Origin: Bugula neritina
Lineage: Eukaryota > Animalia > Bryozoa
Length of the DNA stretch: 63,767 nt
NCBI GenBank assembly: GCA_964035545.1
Contig: CAXIUT010000037.1
Location: 1 to 63,767 of the forward strand
Direction of reading: 5' to 3'
This document shows positions 40,772 through 55,381 of the stretch, piece after piece; positions within the stretch are counted from its first letter, which is position 1; each line of letters opens with the position of its first letter. The notes under the pieces were generated by a model that was not told where the DNA came from, searched no databases, and was given only the letters and a program-made list of their open reading frames with translations. Made by a program: the position numbers and the translations under genes.

Positions 40772-42873
40772 ATGGCATAGATAGAAATTAAAGTCAACAA
40801 AAATACTGAATAAGCTGACATAGATGATGAGAAAATTATCTTTGATCCTGTCCAGGAAATGGAACTTATCTACTAAGAAATTCATGTTAATGCTAAAACC
40901 TCCAGTTAGATTGAGATTGATGGAAAAATTAAAACAGTTGATGGAGTTAAAGAAATTCTTAAGCCTTGTACTGGGAGATTTGCTCCTAACACCTTCACAG
41001 CTATCCTTGGCCCTTCTGGTTGTGGAAAAACTACCATGCTTAATTTGATATCTGGTCGTCAGATGTCTAACAATCTTGAGTTAATTGGAAGTCTCTCATT
41101 GAATGGAAAATAAATTGACAGTGTCCTATAGTATAAAAACTATATTGGCTATGTGATGCAAGAAGATCATATGTTGCCAACTTTTACTCCTTATGAAGCA
41201 TTTAAATTTGTGACAGACTTGCGACTACCTGATCTGTCTGAGAAAGAGAAAGAAAAAAGAGTTTAAAGTATAATTAGAAATTTGGGACTCCAGAAGTGCA
41301 AAGATACTTGGGTGGGAGATACTCGAATTCGAGGTGTCTCTGGAGGAGAAAGAAAAAGAACATCAATTGGTCTTGAACTCTTGATCAATCCTTCAATGAT
41401 CTTTTTAGATGAACCAACCACTGGTTTAGATTCAACTACTTCTCTGAACTTAATTCGTTTTTTGAACAAGTTAGCCAAGCAAGGAAGAACCGTTATTTCA
41501 ACTATTCATCAGCCATCTTCCTAGATTTTCATGGAGTTCAACCATATCATGTTGATGGTTGAGGGACATATAATATATGATGGTGAGGCAAGTAAATCTA
41601 TGGCATATTTCAAACAAATAGGATACCCTGTGCCTATTCACACCAATCCAACCGACCACTATATGAAGTTGATGAACAAATAGGGATTGATGTTGACTAA
41701 AATTGAGAAAAGAATTGATTTTACAGAGGATGAGATCAAGAGAGAGTTCGAACAAGTTGTTATTAATCTAGTTGATCAATATGAACAGCATCATGAGCAA
41801 ATGAAGAGTAGTCAACCTTTGTTAAAATAGTAGTTTCGAGTTAGTTAGAAAATTGATGCAGGTTGGTGTACTCAGTTCTGGCATCTATTTGTCAGAAATG
41901 GATTGAACTAGTTCAGACAACCTTTGGGATTCATCTTGAAAGTAGTCCAAGCTATCTTCTTTGGAATTCTATGCATTATTCTTTACTACTAAGAGGGTAC
42001 AAATCAAACTGAAATCATCCAAAATAATCAGGGAGTTATATTTTTCTTTGTCATGAACACAGGCTTTAGTTATGTCTTTGCCAGTGTCAACCTCTTTAAT
42101 TTCGAGAGACCGGTCTTCATTCGATAACGTCTCAGTAATACCTACTCAACATCAGCTTATTATATGGGAAGAACAGTGGCAATCATACCTATTGAAATAT
42201 TCACTTGCTTCCTCTTCTTGGCTGTTGGATATTTCCCAGTTAATTTAGACAACTCAGCAGGCGTATTTTTCAAATCTCTTCTTTCACTTGAATTAACTAC
42301 TTATATGAGTTCATCTTTCGGTCTCTTCTTATCAGCTCTTTTCTCTGATGCATCAGTTGTGATGGCTTTAGTTCCAGTGCTTATTATTCCCTTTTTGTTG
42401 GTTGGTGGTTTCTTTGTACCTCTTGAAACTGTTCCAAAAATCTATTACCCCTTTCAGTATACATCTATGTTCAGATATGGGTATGAAGCTATGATTTACT
42501 CTCAGTATGAAAATAATCCACTTGTTGTAGATGGACAATCATTTCTTTTAATAGGTTCAACTGACCCTAATGTGCCGTCAACTTATAACTTCTAGGTAAT
42601 TATTATTTTAGTTAGACTTCTTTTGCGGTTGTTTTGATTTTGATGGCAGCTATTGGAACTCTAATCCGATTCTTTTCATTTGTAGCCATGTATTTCATCA
42701 GTAATCCTTCTATTCTTCGTATGAAAAGATAGGAAGAGGCATAAACTACAAAATTACAAAAGTTCAACAGCATTGGACAGCCTGCAAAGTTAGAAGCTCC
42801 AAATCTGACTCGAAGACAATCATCAAAGCGGGTGACTGTGTAGCCTAGGAGAGAAAAACAAGAAACTCGATGA
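40772..42873 (+). CDS. ABCG/White-type half transporter
   Basis: [43 protein letters not shown] and C-terminal TMD; 20-nt intron 42596-42615. Confidence 0.97.
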
Positions 42874-42953
42874 TTCACGCCATAAATCATTTTATAATTG
42901 AATAATTTATCCTAAAAGGTTATGAAAGGATTAATATGGTTTGATAAAAGGAA

Positions 42954-43268
42954 TCAATTGGGATATGGATGTGTTTCAGTCATGCCTTCTTTTTATCTGA
43001 TTCTCTCAGTTCTCCAGTCCATATAGAGGATAATCATTCCAATTCCAATGACATATTGATATGGAGTTTGTTTGTTCCAGGGTTTATACTCATCTGGCCA
43101 GGCTACATTACTATCATAAGAAAATTAGGCTTAATCTCCTTCTTTGAAATCTTTTTTCCAGATCTTTTGTTAAGATTGAAGAGGATAATTTTTAAAGTAT
43201 CTTCTCCAGTTGTTGTTATTATTGTAAGAGTATCGGATAGTTCGTAGTGAAGACGACAATCTCAACAT
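42954..43268 (-). CDS. Small, probably mitochondrial, single-TM protein (104 aa)
   Basis: Presequence-like MLRLSSSLRTIRYS; hydrophobic YQYVIGIGMIILYM. Confidence 0.7.
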
Positions 43269-43342
43269 ATTTAATTATTATTTATTAATCTATAACTAAT
43301 CTTTGAATTATTGCTGATTTAATGGTTTAGATTATCATTATT

Positions 43343-43864
43343 TCATATCAAATCTTAGATGTTACTTCTGTTGTTTGACGATACATGACTTCTGTAGCTT
43401 TTGTAGTGACTGGTTGATTTCCATTCCAAATAAAATTAATAAACTTCTTTTACATTTTTTGTTTAGATCAACTCACTAATAAACTCGAATTGTTTCCCAA
43501 ATTTAAGTACTGATTATTCAAAAATAGCGATTTCTCTGGGTGCCCATTTTTCATAGACAGAGGCAGGTGTTACAGGATTGATCAAAATATCAAGATCCCT
43601 TTTTTTATATAAATGATTCACTGCATCTAGGTATACTTCTATTGGTTTTTTTCTTTTTTATGGATTTGTTTTATAAACTTCATTTTGAGGTTGTACTACT
43701 GGAAGAATAGGTTTCTTTCTTGTTCGAATATTTTGAAGAAGAGAAACGTAAGGGTGATCGTCACTTTAGCGACTGCAGTTCAGTATGTTTTTGTATATTT
43801 TTTAGAAGTCTGGAGAATTGGAAGTTGATTTTTATCTTTTTTGTTTTTTTTGCGGTTCTGACAT
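43343..43864 (-). CDS. SANT-domain protein (MTA/MIER-type SANT)
   Basis: WAPREIAIFEESVLKFGKQFEFISELIETKNVKEVYEFYLEWK. Confidence 0.88.
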
Positions 43865-43951
43865 ATCAAATTATATCCATCAGCAAATATTGCGATCAAT
43901 TTACAAATAAAAAAAGAAAATGATTTTAAAAAGTGAACAATATCATGATTT

Positions 43952-44727
43952 TCATCCTTTTTTAGTAGATCCTCTGAGGTGTTTTGATCCATCTGGTTGA
44001 ATAGTAAATCCGAAGGCAAAAGAGCAATAAACTATAAAAATAGGAGTCATGAAGAGAAAGGTATAGAAGAGAATCAAATTCTTTTTCCCTATACATTTAG
44101 AAACCCAGGGACAGTGATGATCGTATCCCTCAATGCATACATCACAGTATGTGCAGTGAAAACTTCTACAAGGAACATGAAAGCGACATCTTCGACAAAA
44201 TCTTTATCAATAATTAAGTACGTAGTGCGACCATTTATTACTTTTTTTTCTTATTTCATTGGCTTAACAATTCCTGGATCGCTGATGGCGACTAATAAGT
44301 AGCTGAGACATTCTCCAATACAAACAATTTTAGTTAGTATTTTTGCCCATTACTTATTTACGTTGTTATCTATGTAGGTGATCATAAGATAGCTGATTAT
44401 GAGGAAAAACAAGAAGGTGGGTAAAAAACAAAGATCTAAATTTGATGATTTCTTACAATCTGGTCCTACTAAGAGGGTGATATAGTTATTTTTTACTAAT
44501 ACTATATTTTTACCATAATTAGGTTCTGTTTATTCTACTTGTATAATTGCCACTAAACGATTTTATTCCTAATCGATTTCAATTTCATTGCTACTACTGC
44601 TTTGTTAGACTTATTTTGATTCTGTTTGTTCGATATTTGTCGCTTATGTGATAATTTAGATATCTTCTGGTTCTTCCTTTTTATCTTCAATATTTTACTC
44701 TTCTGGTATTTAATATTGATTGCTCAT
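43952..44727 (-). CDS. DHHC palmitoyltransferase
   Basis: SDPG, FCRRC...SFHCTYCDVCIEGYDHHCPWVSKCIGKKN; 20-nt intron 44202-44221. Confidence 0.95.
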
Positions 44728-44812
44728 GGTATGTTGATATAAATTAAATCAATATTATGCTATCTCTTAAACAATATATCTATCTATATTTATTGCAATA
44801 AAATCTTACTTA

Positions 44813-46700
44813 ATGTATCGTCCTCAAGGTTCTTCCCCTCAACAATACAACAGTCCCAGCGGCTACCAGCAACCTCCCACTCAATATCAAACTCCTCCCA
44901 GAGGTCAACAGTATGAATTACAGTAAAGAAATCAATACAACAAGTTTCAGCAACCTCTGATTAGCAATCAATAAGATGATATCATCATGCCAAATAGTCT
45001 TAGAAGTTGTACGGATATCGTAGTTCTTGTCTTGTTTATTCTTTTCATCGGAGCTTTTACTGGTCTATTGATATACGGATTGGTGAAAGGAGACGCAAGA
45101 GCTGTTATAGCTTTCTACAATGCAGGATTAGTCAGATGCGATCAACAATCAACCTTCAAAAGTAATTTAAAATTAACTAAGTCGGATATCTTCAAACACT
45201 TGGAGTACTTCGAAATGCTATATGTGTCTAGAATTGTCCAGATAGCAGTCAGATAAATAGTGCTTTTCCGTGTCTTACAGATGGTGTCAACTGTATAGCT
45301 AGTTCCTTTACTCCAACTTATGCATCGATAGCTGTTGGTTCATACTGTGTTCCTACTAGTATAGGAACTGTAAGTGTTGAATCTCTTTTGGATTTTGACT
45401 CATTTGAAGAATGGGCATATGATGTTGAAAATGGCTGGGCAATATTAGTGATAGCAGCTTTTGGCACCATGATATTAGCTCTCCTGTTTTTTGTTGTAGT
45501 TAGATTTTGTGCTGGACCTATTATTTGGCTAGCCATCATCTTAAGTATTCTAGGTATGCTTGCTGTTGGCATCTTATTTATTTTGCAGGCTAAAGGAGTA
45601 ACAGTATCTGAATTTACATCAAATACTTTATCAAAAATAGATTTCGATACACTAATCATTATTGGTAGTTGCCTGATTGGTGGCTCAGTGCTTTTTACCT
45701 TGCTAGTCTGTTGCCTCAGAAGTCGTATTGCTATGGGTGCTAAAGCTGTTGAACTTGGTTCTCTTTTCTTGCTTGAAAATTGTTGTTTAGTTATCCTTCC
45801 AATAACACAAATAATCTTTATCGTTCTGGCTATAGGAGGACTTCTAATAGGAGCTATTTCTCTTTATTCAATAGGTGATTTTGTATTTGAGAATAATGCT
45901 GCAGTTCCTAGCATTACTGTTGATGCTGGATAAATAACAGCAATAGTGTTCTTCTTATTTGCTAGTTTATGGATATTATTCTTTTTGCATGGTTGTAATC
46001 ACTTCATGCTCAGTTCAGCTGCTTCTATTTGGTATTTTAACAACCTTAATGGATCAGCTGGTTCTCCATGCGGTGATTCTCTGACAAGATTAGTCCGTTA
46101 TCATCCAGGAAGTGTTGCCTTTGCAGGACTTATAAATGGACTCTTCTTTGTACTAAAATTGTTGGCAAATATTTTCTCTTTTGACTCAAATGATGAAGAT
46201 AGCGGCTTAGTTTCTTGCTGCCTTAAGTTCCTGAACTGTGTATTCTGCATTTTCCGTTGGTATTTTTAAAATAACATAGTTTCCTCCGTTTTCTTAACAA
46301 TGGTACATATGTGCAAATGGCTGTTAACGCCCAAGGATATTGTTCAAGTGCAATGCAAGCCTATGATGTAGTGGGACAAAATGCTCTAAAAGTGGCAGTA
46401 GCTGATAACATCAGTATATTCTTTACTATCCTTGGAGTAATTGGAATTACAGCTATTGCAGCAGTTTCAGTATACTTTACTGTCCTCTACTTACCATACT
46501 ATCAAGATAGGATATCATCTCCTTTTGTGTTGACATTCCTTTCAGCAGTAATTGCTTTCCTGGTTGCAAGTGTTTACCTCTCGATGATTGATGTTTCAGC
46601 TTCAAGTGTGCTTCAATGTTATTTGATTGATGCTGAGAAGGGAAGAGGAAGTGTGAGATATGCTAGTGAAAAAATAAGATACATAATGACGACGGAATGA
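44813..46700 (+). CDS. Choline transporter-like (CTL/SLC44) protein
   Basis: RSCTD, CVENCP, RYHPGSVAF, FLNNGTYVQMA and many TMs; 20-nt introns 45162-45181 and 46260-46279. Confidence 0.93.
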
Positions 46701-46817
46701 TTATAAAAATCCATCAATCTTTGTTTAATTTGGATAACTTATGTTAGTTAAATAGTTTGGGATAAGGTTGTATTATCAATAGTATATGATGGCAGATAAT
46801 TTAAAATATAATTGCCA

Positions 46818-47395
46818 ATGTAACTTCCAAAAAACAACAATGATGACTAAAATTCAATTTATGATGATCATCTCTTGCCTCAACAGCCTTTATCTCCTTA
46901 AAATTATCCTTTCCCAGCTGGTAGGACTCATCTTAAATAAACTATTGATCCTAATTAACAAATATCTCCACTTGATGAGGGACAGTCTTTTGATGCGAAC
47001 GAAACAAGGTTTTATTAGGAGTTTAAGAAAATATACACTGTTGCTCATCATCTCTAACTTGAGAAGAAAAGACAAATAGCGCTGAGATAGTCTCTCATAA
47101 AAAGAATGAAAATTTTGGAAGTAGTTTTTTAGTTATTAAGGATAAAACAAAGGAGAGTATTGAGAGGAGAGGTGTATTGAAAGATCCTAATAATTCTGAA
47201 TAAAATAAAATTAAAAGAGCAAGAAGGACAGCTGAAGAAATATAGAAGAAGTATAAATGTGAAGTGATATATTGTGAAAGATTGTATGGATCAGAGGGGT
47301 CACTACAACAGCATATCAAACTAAAACATCCAGAACTCTACCATAAATCACAGAGTGATTCATCCTACTTGAGACAAGAAGACAGTTCAATTTGA
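46818..47395 (+). CDS. C2H2 zinc-finger transcription factor
   Basis: RRTAEEIEKKYKCEVIYCERLYGSEGSLQQHIKLKH; 20-nt intron 47121-47140. Confidence 0.9.
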
Positions 47396-47708
47396 TTTTA
47401 CTGAGTTATATTTATTCATTAAATAGAGTTTATGCTCTTTTTAGAAGTCATAAAGATCAAATTTTCACATATTTTAACTTTAAAATAGTTACAAACAAAG
47501 ATAATACATCTTTTTTAAAAGAATTATTAAAGCAAAGGGAGTTTATAAGATAATATTCTATTATCAATAATATAAATTGTTAATTAGATTAAAATTTGAT
47601 TTAAAGTAATTGTATTTTGATATTTGATAAGATTATTTATTTTTTAATTCATAGACTGACTGTAAAGAGTATAAATTTGTAAAGATTAATAATAAATAGT
47701 TGCTAGCT

Positions 47709-48166
47709 ATGTAACCTGAGCCTAAGTCTAAAAGACATGTTCAGTGGGACTAATAAAAGCTGAAAGAAACAGAAAAATATCGAGGAGCTTTCTAGAAGAT
47801 AGACTAACCTAAGACACCTTATAGGAAATCTAGTCATGAGGTATAAATTAGATATTTTAGAGTGATGAATAAATGTAGTCCTAATCTAAGAGCAAAGAGT
47901 AGATATAAATTGAATAATCTCTCAAAAAAGCAAAAATAAACAGTCATAATAGTACTCATAAAAAGGTTAATATTGCTGAGTTGAATGCTAAATTGAAATA
48001 AGAAGTACAAAAATATCAAATCGGTTAGAAAAATCAGATGGAAGATGAAGACGAATAAGAAGCTAGAAAAAAGCGTGAATAGTTTAAGAAAAAAAGAGCT
48101 GCACATTATAATTAATTTAAAATGATTCAAAAGAATAAAGGAAATCAGTGGGAAGACTCTGATTGA
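47709..48166 (+). CDS. PPP1R2: Protein phosphatase 1 inhibitor-2
   Basis: VQWDE, KIDEPKTPY, FKKKRAAHYN; 20-nt intron 47841-47860. Confidence 0.92.
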
Positions 48167-48213
48167 TCAATTCTAATATGCCATTATTATTTATAATAGA
48201 TATTTATTCACAA

Positions 48214-48768
48214 ATGGCAGGCATTCTTCGAGATAAGGATAATCCTGTTGTCTTTTTCGATATTCATGCCAACAAACAAAAAGCTGGTCGAGTCACCTTT
48301 GAGCTCTTCAAAGATATATGTCCTAAAACTGCTTAAAATTTCAGACAGTTCTGTACTGGATAATACCTTTGGAAAGGTAAACCAGCAGGATACAAAGATA
48401 CATGTCTGCATAAGATAGTTGAAGATAAGTTTATTGAAGGCGGAGACTTCATTACTGATGGAATTAATAGTAAACCTAAAATATCTATTTATGGAGAAGG
48501 AGTTCTTTTCTAAGATGAGTCTTATGAACTTAAACATAGTGAGGCTGGGTTATTATCGATGGCAAATCAAGGATCTAAACAGGGTAATGGAAATATTTTT
48601 AGAATAATGGCGGGTTCTTGTCCGTAATTTGATGGAAAAAGCAGTGTATTCGGACAAACAATAGATGAACAATCAGTGAAGATCATAAAGACTCTTTCAA
48701 CATTAGGAGTGGGTGCATAATACCGCCCTAAATATCCAGTTGTAATCAAATAATGTGGCTAGATGTGA
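48214..48768 (+). CDS. PPIH: Cyclophilin H-like protein with a degenerate active site
   Basis: NPVVFFDI, PKTAENFRQFCTGEY, LLSMAN, terminal CGEM. Confidence 0.85.
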
Positions 48769-48851
48769 TAATATATCATTTTGAATGTATTTTTAGAGCC
48801 ATTTATTTAAAATAATTTTAGAAGATAGCTTTCATTTGATAATAAATAGAG

Positions 48852-49199
48852 ATGATTCGACTTGAAGATGTACATTTCTGCATGCTAACAGATGATTTAA
48901 AACTCGATGGCAACAAAGTGTTTCGATTTCCGACTCAATATCTGACTGAGATAAATGAAAGATAAATCCAGACTACCGATGGAGTGATTACTTTGTATTA
49001 AAAGTATCAGGGAAAACCTCTGAATCATAATGACAGGATAATGGTGCTGGGAATACAGATAGACAAGGGAAGATATCAAGGAAAAATCACTAAAATTAGT
49101 ACTATTGCTTATCATAAATATAAATAGTATTGCTAAATTTTAAAGAATCCAACGAAAAAAATCCAGAAATAAGCTTAAAAAGATTATGAATGCTTTTGA
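48852..49199 (+). CDS. Small hypothetical protein (115 aa, possibly OB-fold-like)
   Basis: ATG-to-TGA frame; beta-rich pattern such as DRIMVLG. Confidence 0.6.
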
Positions 49200-49223
49200 T
49201 AATTTATGGTATTATTGATATGA

Positions 49224-49937
49224 ATGCAAATAGATAAAAATAAACGAAAACGGTTCAGAACTCTTGTTACTCAATCATAGTAATAGAGTAAATTGTCGCA
49301 GCTGGTAACTATTAGCTCTCAGTATGAGAAAAATATTCAATAAAGAGATAGTAGAGGCAGATCGAAAGACAATATTTAAAGAGAAGATTACTTGGAGTCA
49401 AATATATTTCCTCAGAACAGACATTTAAAGTACAGGACGATCAATTCAGTGACGGAATAAAAAGACTAGTAGATGAAAAAGTCTAGACATGAATTTTCTG
49501 ATACTAGATTCAAAAAGAATAAATAACTGTTCAATCACTAAGCTAGGAAAAATTTAAAGTTCAATCAACTTTCACAAATTATCAAAGAATTCAAAGCTAA
49601 AACAGAAAAAATAATAGAAATGGATAGATAAGAATTTGAAGTAAACTATAAATAAAAACTTCGAAACAGAGAATAAAGTTAGCAAGAAGAATAATTTAAA
49701 AGACTTACTAGTACAGCTAAAACGACTTCAATAAACCTTTTATCAATATATTTAAAACGGCATTTAAAAATGATTAAAAGAAATATATTTTTTGAGTTAT
49801 TGGAGTTTACAAAAGATGAAGATGAAGATTATTTGTCTTCTGTTATAATGCCTATTGGTCCTCCCAGTGGAACTAATACAACTAGTAATAATCGTAGAAC
49901 TATGCTGGACATTAATAAATTCTTACAGAGTAAATGA
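49224..49937 (+). CDS. Hypothetical protein
   Basis: 238-codon ATG-to-TGA frame. Confidence 0.65.
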
Positions 49938-49958
49938 TAGTTCATAATACTTTTATAT

Positions 49959-51863
49959 ATGTCAAACAATTAGGAATAGAATTAAGAAAAAATACCTTTC
50001 TAAGGGGTATAGATGAGGAAAGCCAGTGAGGGTGCCATGGAAATGGCTGATTTGCTGAAGGAAAGTGAGAAATAATAACTAAATGTATCGAGATAGGAAG
50101 AGCCTTATGATGAATAAGAGTATATGGATTTAAGTTCTGGAGTTTATGAGGTGTCTAGAAAAGATGAAGAAGGTTAATTGGAGGAGGAAGACAAACCAAA
50201 AGAATATTTGAGTCAATAAATCACTATTAAAAATGAATAGGTGGATAAATAAAGTGTTTAAAAGGAGGAAAAAGATGAATAAAAATCGAAAGAAGAGGAG
50301 AATTTATATGAAGCAATTTAATCTGATAGATAAGACTAATCTTAAAAAATAAAAGAGTCTAAATAATAAATAGTTTAGGATGATATCAAATATGAGTCAC
50401 CATACCCATAGATGAATGAATAGTCAATGAAACAATCGATATCATACAAAGAAGAGTCGATATAAAAATAAATAAAAAAGTAGATATCAACTAAATAATA
50501 AAAATAGATAGTTTTATAAAATGCATTTCCATAAAAAGTATAAAGTTCTTAATAAAAATCTTCATCTTCAAGATAATAATCTCCTCATAAAATAGTAAAG
50601 TCATAAGAGATGATAAAGTAAACATAAGAAGAAAGACAACCATAAGTATTAAAATAAATAGAACAAGATGAACCGCTTATAGTTCTTGACGAACCCCCAC
50701 AACCTAAAGAACCTCAGTATTCTAATTTTTATAGAGCATCAAGACTCTAAGAAATACCGATGGAAGAATCTCATATGAAATCTAGAATGGTTAGTAATAT
50801 AGCTAATCGACCTGTTTTAAGTATAATTGGATATGAGAAGGAATATTTCTTTAAAATATAGACCCAAGTTTATCAGATATAGTACAAAAAATAGAAAAAA
50901 TCATACATATTTTGTCGTAAATTTTCAGATTTTTCTACTCTTAACAAACTAATTAAACTTAAATACCCTGGCTACATCCTCTATCCCTTTCCTTAGAACA
51001 ATTTATAACTATTCAAAAAACTACAATTATCAGTGGGAAACTAAGTCTAAAAAATAGTTGTAATATAAAAGCGACTTTTACAACTATAAAAATATATCAA
51101 TTTTTTACTCAATCATAAATAACTGTCTAACTGTTAGATTTTTCAGTTATTTATTTTAGAATCAGCTGATATATTCAATAAACAACTGATAGTTATGGAT
51201 CAGAATATCGAACAACAGGAATAGAAGTATACTTCATCAGGTTTGACAAAAAATTATAATAATATTAAAAATATGGTTAAGTCAGGAATAAGTTTTTTCA
51301 CTAATTATCTCTCTTCAGCTAAATAGCCTTCACATAATGTTGAGTATCAAAAAAAAAGTTAAAAATTATTGAATAGTTTTTTCTAGATTGGAGTCAAATT
51401 ACATCGTTGCAAGGCTATTTGTAGTAATTTCATGACTAAAATATAAAAATTAGTTGAAGTATACAAATACAAAGAAGGAGTTAAGCCTATCCATAGCAAT
51501 ATTGATAGTGTTCTTAACTTTAGTACTAAAATGACTGCTTCTAGAAATTATTACTAATAGCATTCTAACTGGCTACAAGACTTGTTGTTGCCAAGAATTG
51601 TATATTATTCTCAAATATTTCAACAAACTGAATCTCTTATTGAATATAGAACTACCATTCTTGAAAGAACAGCTATGCTGAGTAGTGAAGAAACTGATCT
51701 TGGTGAACTCTTACTTAAAAGAGTGGAGGAGTTCGATATTCGTTTTCTGAAGGATTGGTAGACAACAGAGTTAACATTTTAGGAGGAGTATCAAGAAATG
51801 ACAGAGGAATTCGGAAGTCGTTGGAAAAGCCATTGTGCTTTGATGTCAAAAATATGGAAGTGA
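49959..51863 (+). CDS. PX-domain (sorting nexin-like) protein with acidic N-terminus
   Basis: CRKFSDFSTLNKLIKLKYPGYILYPFP...IEKRLLQLEKYINFLLNH. Confidence 0.88.
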
Positions 51864-51896
51864 TTGATACTGATTATTAATTGTGATAATATATAT

Positions 51897-53769
<1,873 letters not shown>

Positions 53770-53826
53770 TGCTTTATAATAAATTCTTCATTTTTTAATA
53801 TCAAATAAAGATCATAAGACTTTGTA

Positions 53827-54573
53827 TCATTCTCTAAGAGCTTGCATAAATTTTTTTTTCTTTTCATCTTGTGATAATGTATGATCTTCGCATAAATGGG
53901 TGAGATTTTATCTTATTTTTTTGTGCTTTTCATTGAAAGGTAGGAACTGAATTATTTTATATTTACTTTTAGGCTTGTATTTTCATAGTTATGATATACT
54001 TGCATCTTTGAAGTTTCTACACATTATCTAACTTTGATAAAGAACTAATCCACATTATTTTTAAAGAGTTATCCTGCTTTTTTATTGAAAGAATCAGTGA
54101 CTTCATACTTTTTTACATCTATAAATATCAACCTAATATGTTCAATAACTGTAAAAATAAGATGTTCGCTTCCATAATTCCAATTTTTTGTCATATCTTA
54201 ACCAAGATCTAACTAGCCTGTTTCTGAATCAACCATTGGATGGTAAATTTAGCTAACAAAAAGAACTTTAGGTGGTTTTCTTGGAAAAGAATCAAAAATA
54301 ATTTTAAACTTAAGTTTCGCATCTTTGAAGAGTCCATATCGAACAAAAAGAACTCCATGCCAAACTGTATTTTAAGAGTAATACCTTATAAGGTGTCGAG
54401 TTGAGGCATAATATATATGCCGAATTGAGATGAATAGAGTAGTAGAAGTTTGCTGTATTGAAGATTTAGTACTGTTAGAAGGAGAGACAAGCTTATTTTG
54501 CTTATGGTTTTTTGAGGGATTATTGTATGTTTTTTTGAAGAGCAACAAAATTTACAGGAGATTTTTATGCCAT
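53827..54573 (-). CDS. AKTIP: AKTIP/FTS-like ubiquitin E2 variant
   Basis: GIYIMP...WHGVLFVRYGLFKDAKLKF...PPKV...YHPMVDSETGELDL with no catalytic Cys; 20-nt introns 54453-54472, 54365-54384 and 53947-53966. Confidence 0.88.
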
Positions 54574-54878
54574 TTAAAATAAATTATAGTTGCTTCAGCG
54601 TTAATCAAAAGAATAATTTTCATTGATAAAAGATCACTGATGAAAAACATAAAAATAGTATTAGCAAATATTATTTAAATAAAAATTACCGAAGAAACCA
54701 TTGAAAGAAAGCAGATATCAATAAAAGTTTAGATGAGTTAATTCGAATGTTATCCTTGAATAGGAGTCGATTGAGGTTTATTTCTACTTTAGAAAATTTA
54801 AATAATGTTCTAATAAGTTTAAACTGAAATTTAAATTGTGACTTTAGAAATGGGATATAATTTTAATTCTAAACTTGA

Positions 54879-55142
54879 ATGCCCTCCAACACTCGTAGAG
54901 CCACTACTAAACCATCTGCCAAAAGAATCAAAGCCAAACCAATATCTAAGCCTCAGTTCACTCTGAAAGAATCCTTCTCTACTCTACACTCAATAAAGTA
55001 GGCATAATCTGAGACCTAATGCAATATGGCAGTCGAGTTGATCGGAGAAAAATAAACTTCATTTGGATAATAAATGAAGGAGATTGATATTTTAAGAGAG
55101 GAGAAGCCTATCTCTCTTTGGTAAAGCTTGCTGATGGGCTGA
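54879..55142 (+). CDS. Small hypothetical protein (87 aa)
   Basis: GC-richer ATG-to-TGA frame; basic N-terminal half and acidic C-terminal half. Confidence 0.55.
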
Positions 55143-55192
55143 AAACTACCAGATTGATTTTTAGATAGTGATTTATTTTTTAAATTTATCGT

Positions 55193-55288
55193 AACCCAAC
55201 CCCAACCCCAACCCCAACCCCAACCCCAACCCCAACCCCAACCCCAACCCCAACCCCAACCCCAACCCCAACCCCAACCCCAACCCCA
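55193..55288 (+). repeat. Internal telomeric tract (intergenic)
   Basis: CCCAA(CCCCAA)n array about 94 nt upstream of the CFAP65-like start. Confidence 0.97.
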
Positions 55289-55381
55289 TCAATATCTTTA
55301 CTATTACTTCTTATAAGATGCTCTCTTTATTGCTGTTTGATAAATTAGAACATAAATTGAATCATATAAGTAAGTTATACA

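Noticed and set aside
54600-54870. Short ORFs upstream of 54879
   Set aside because: All frames hit TGA quickly; treated as divergent intergenic DNA.
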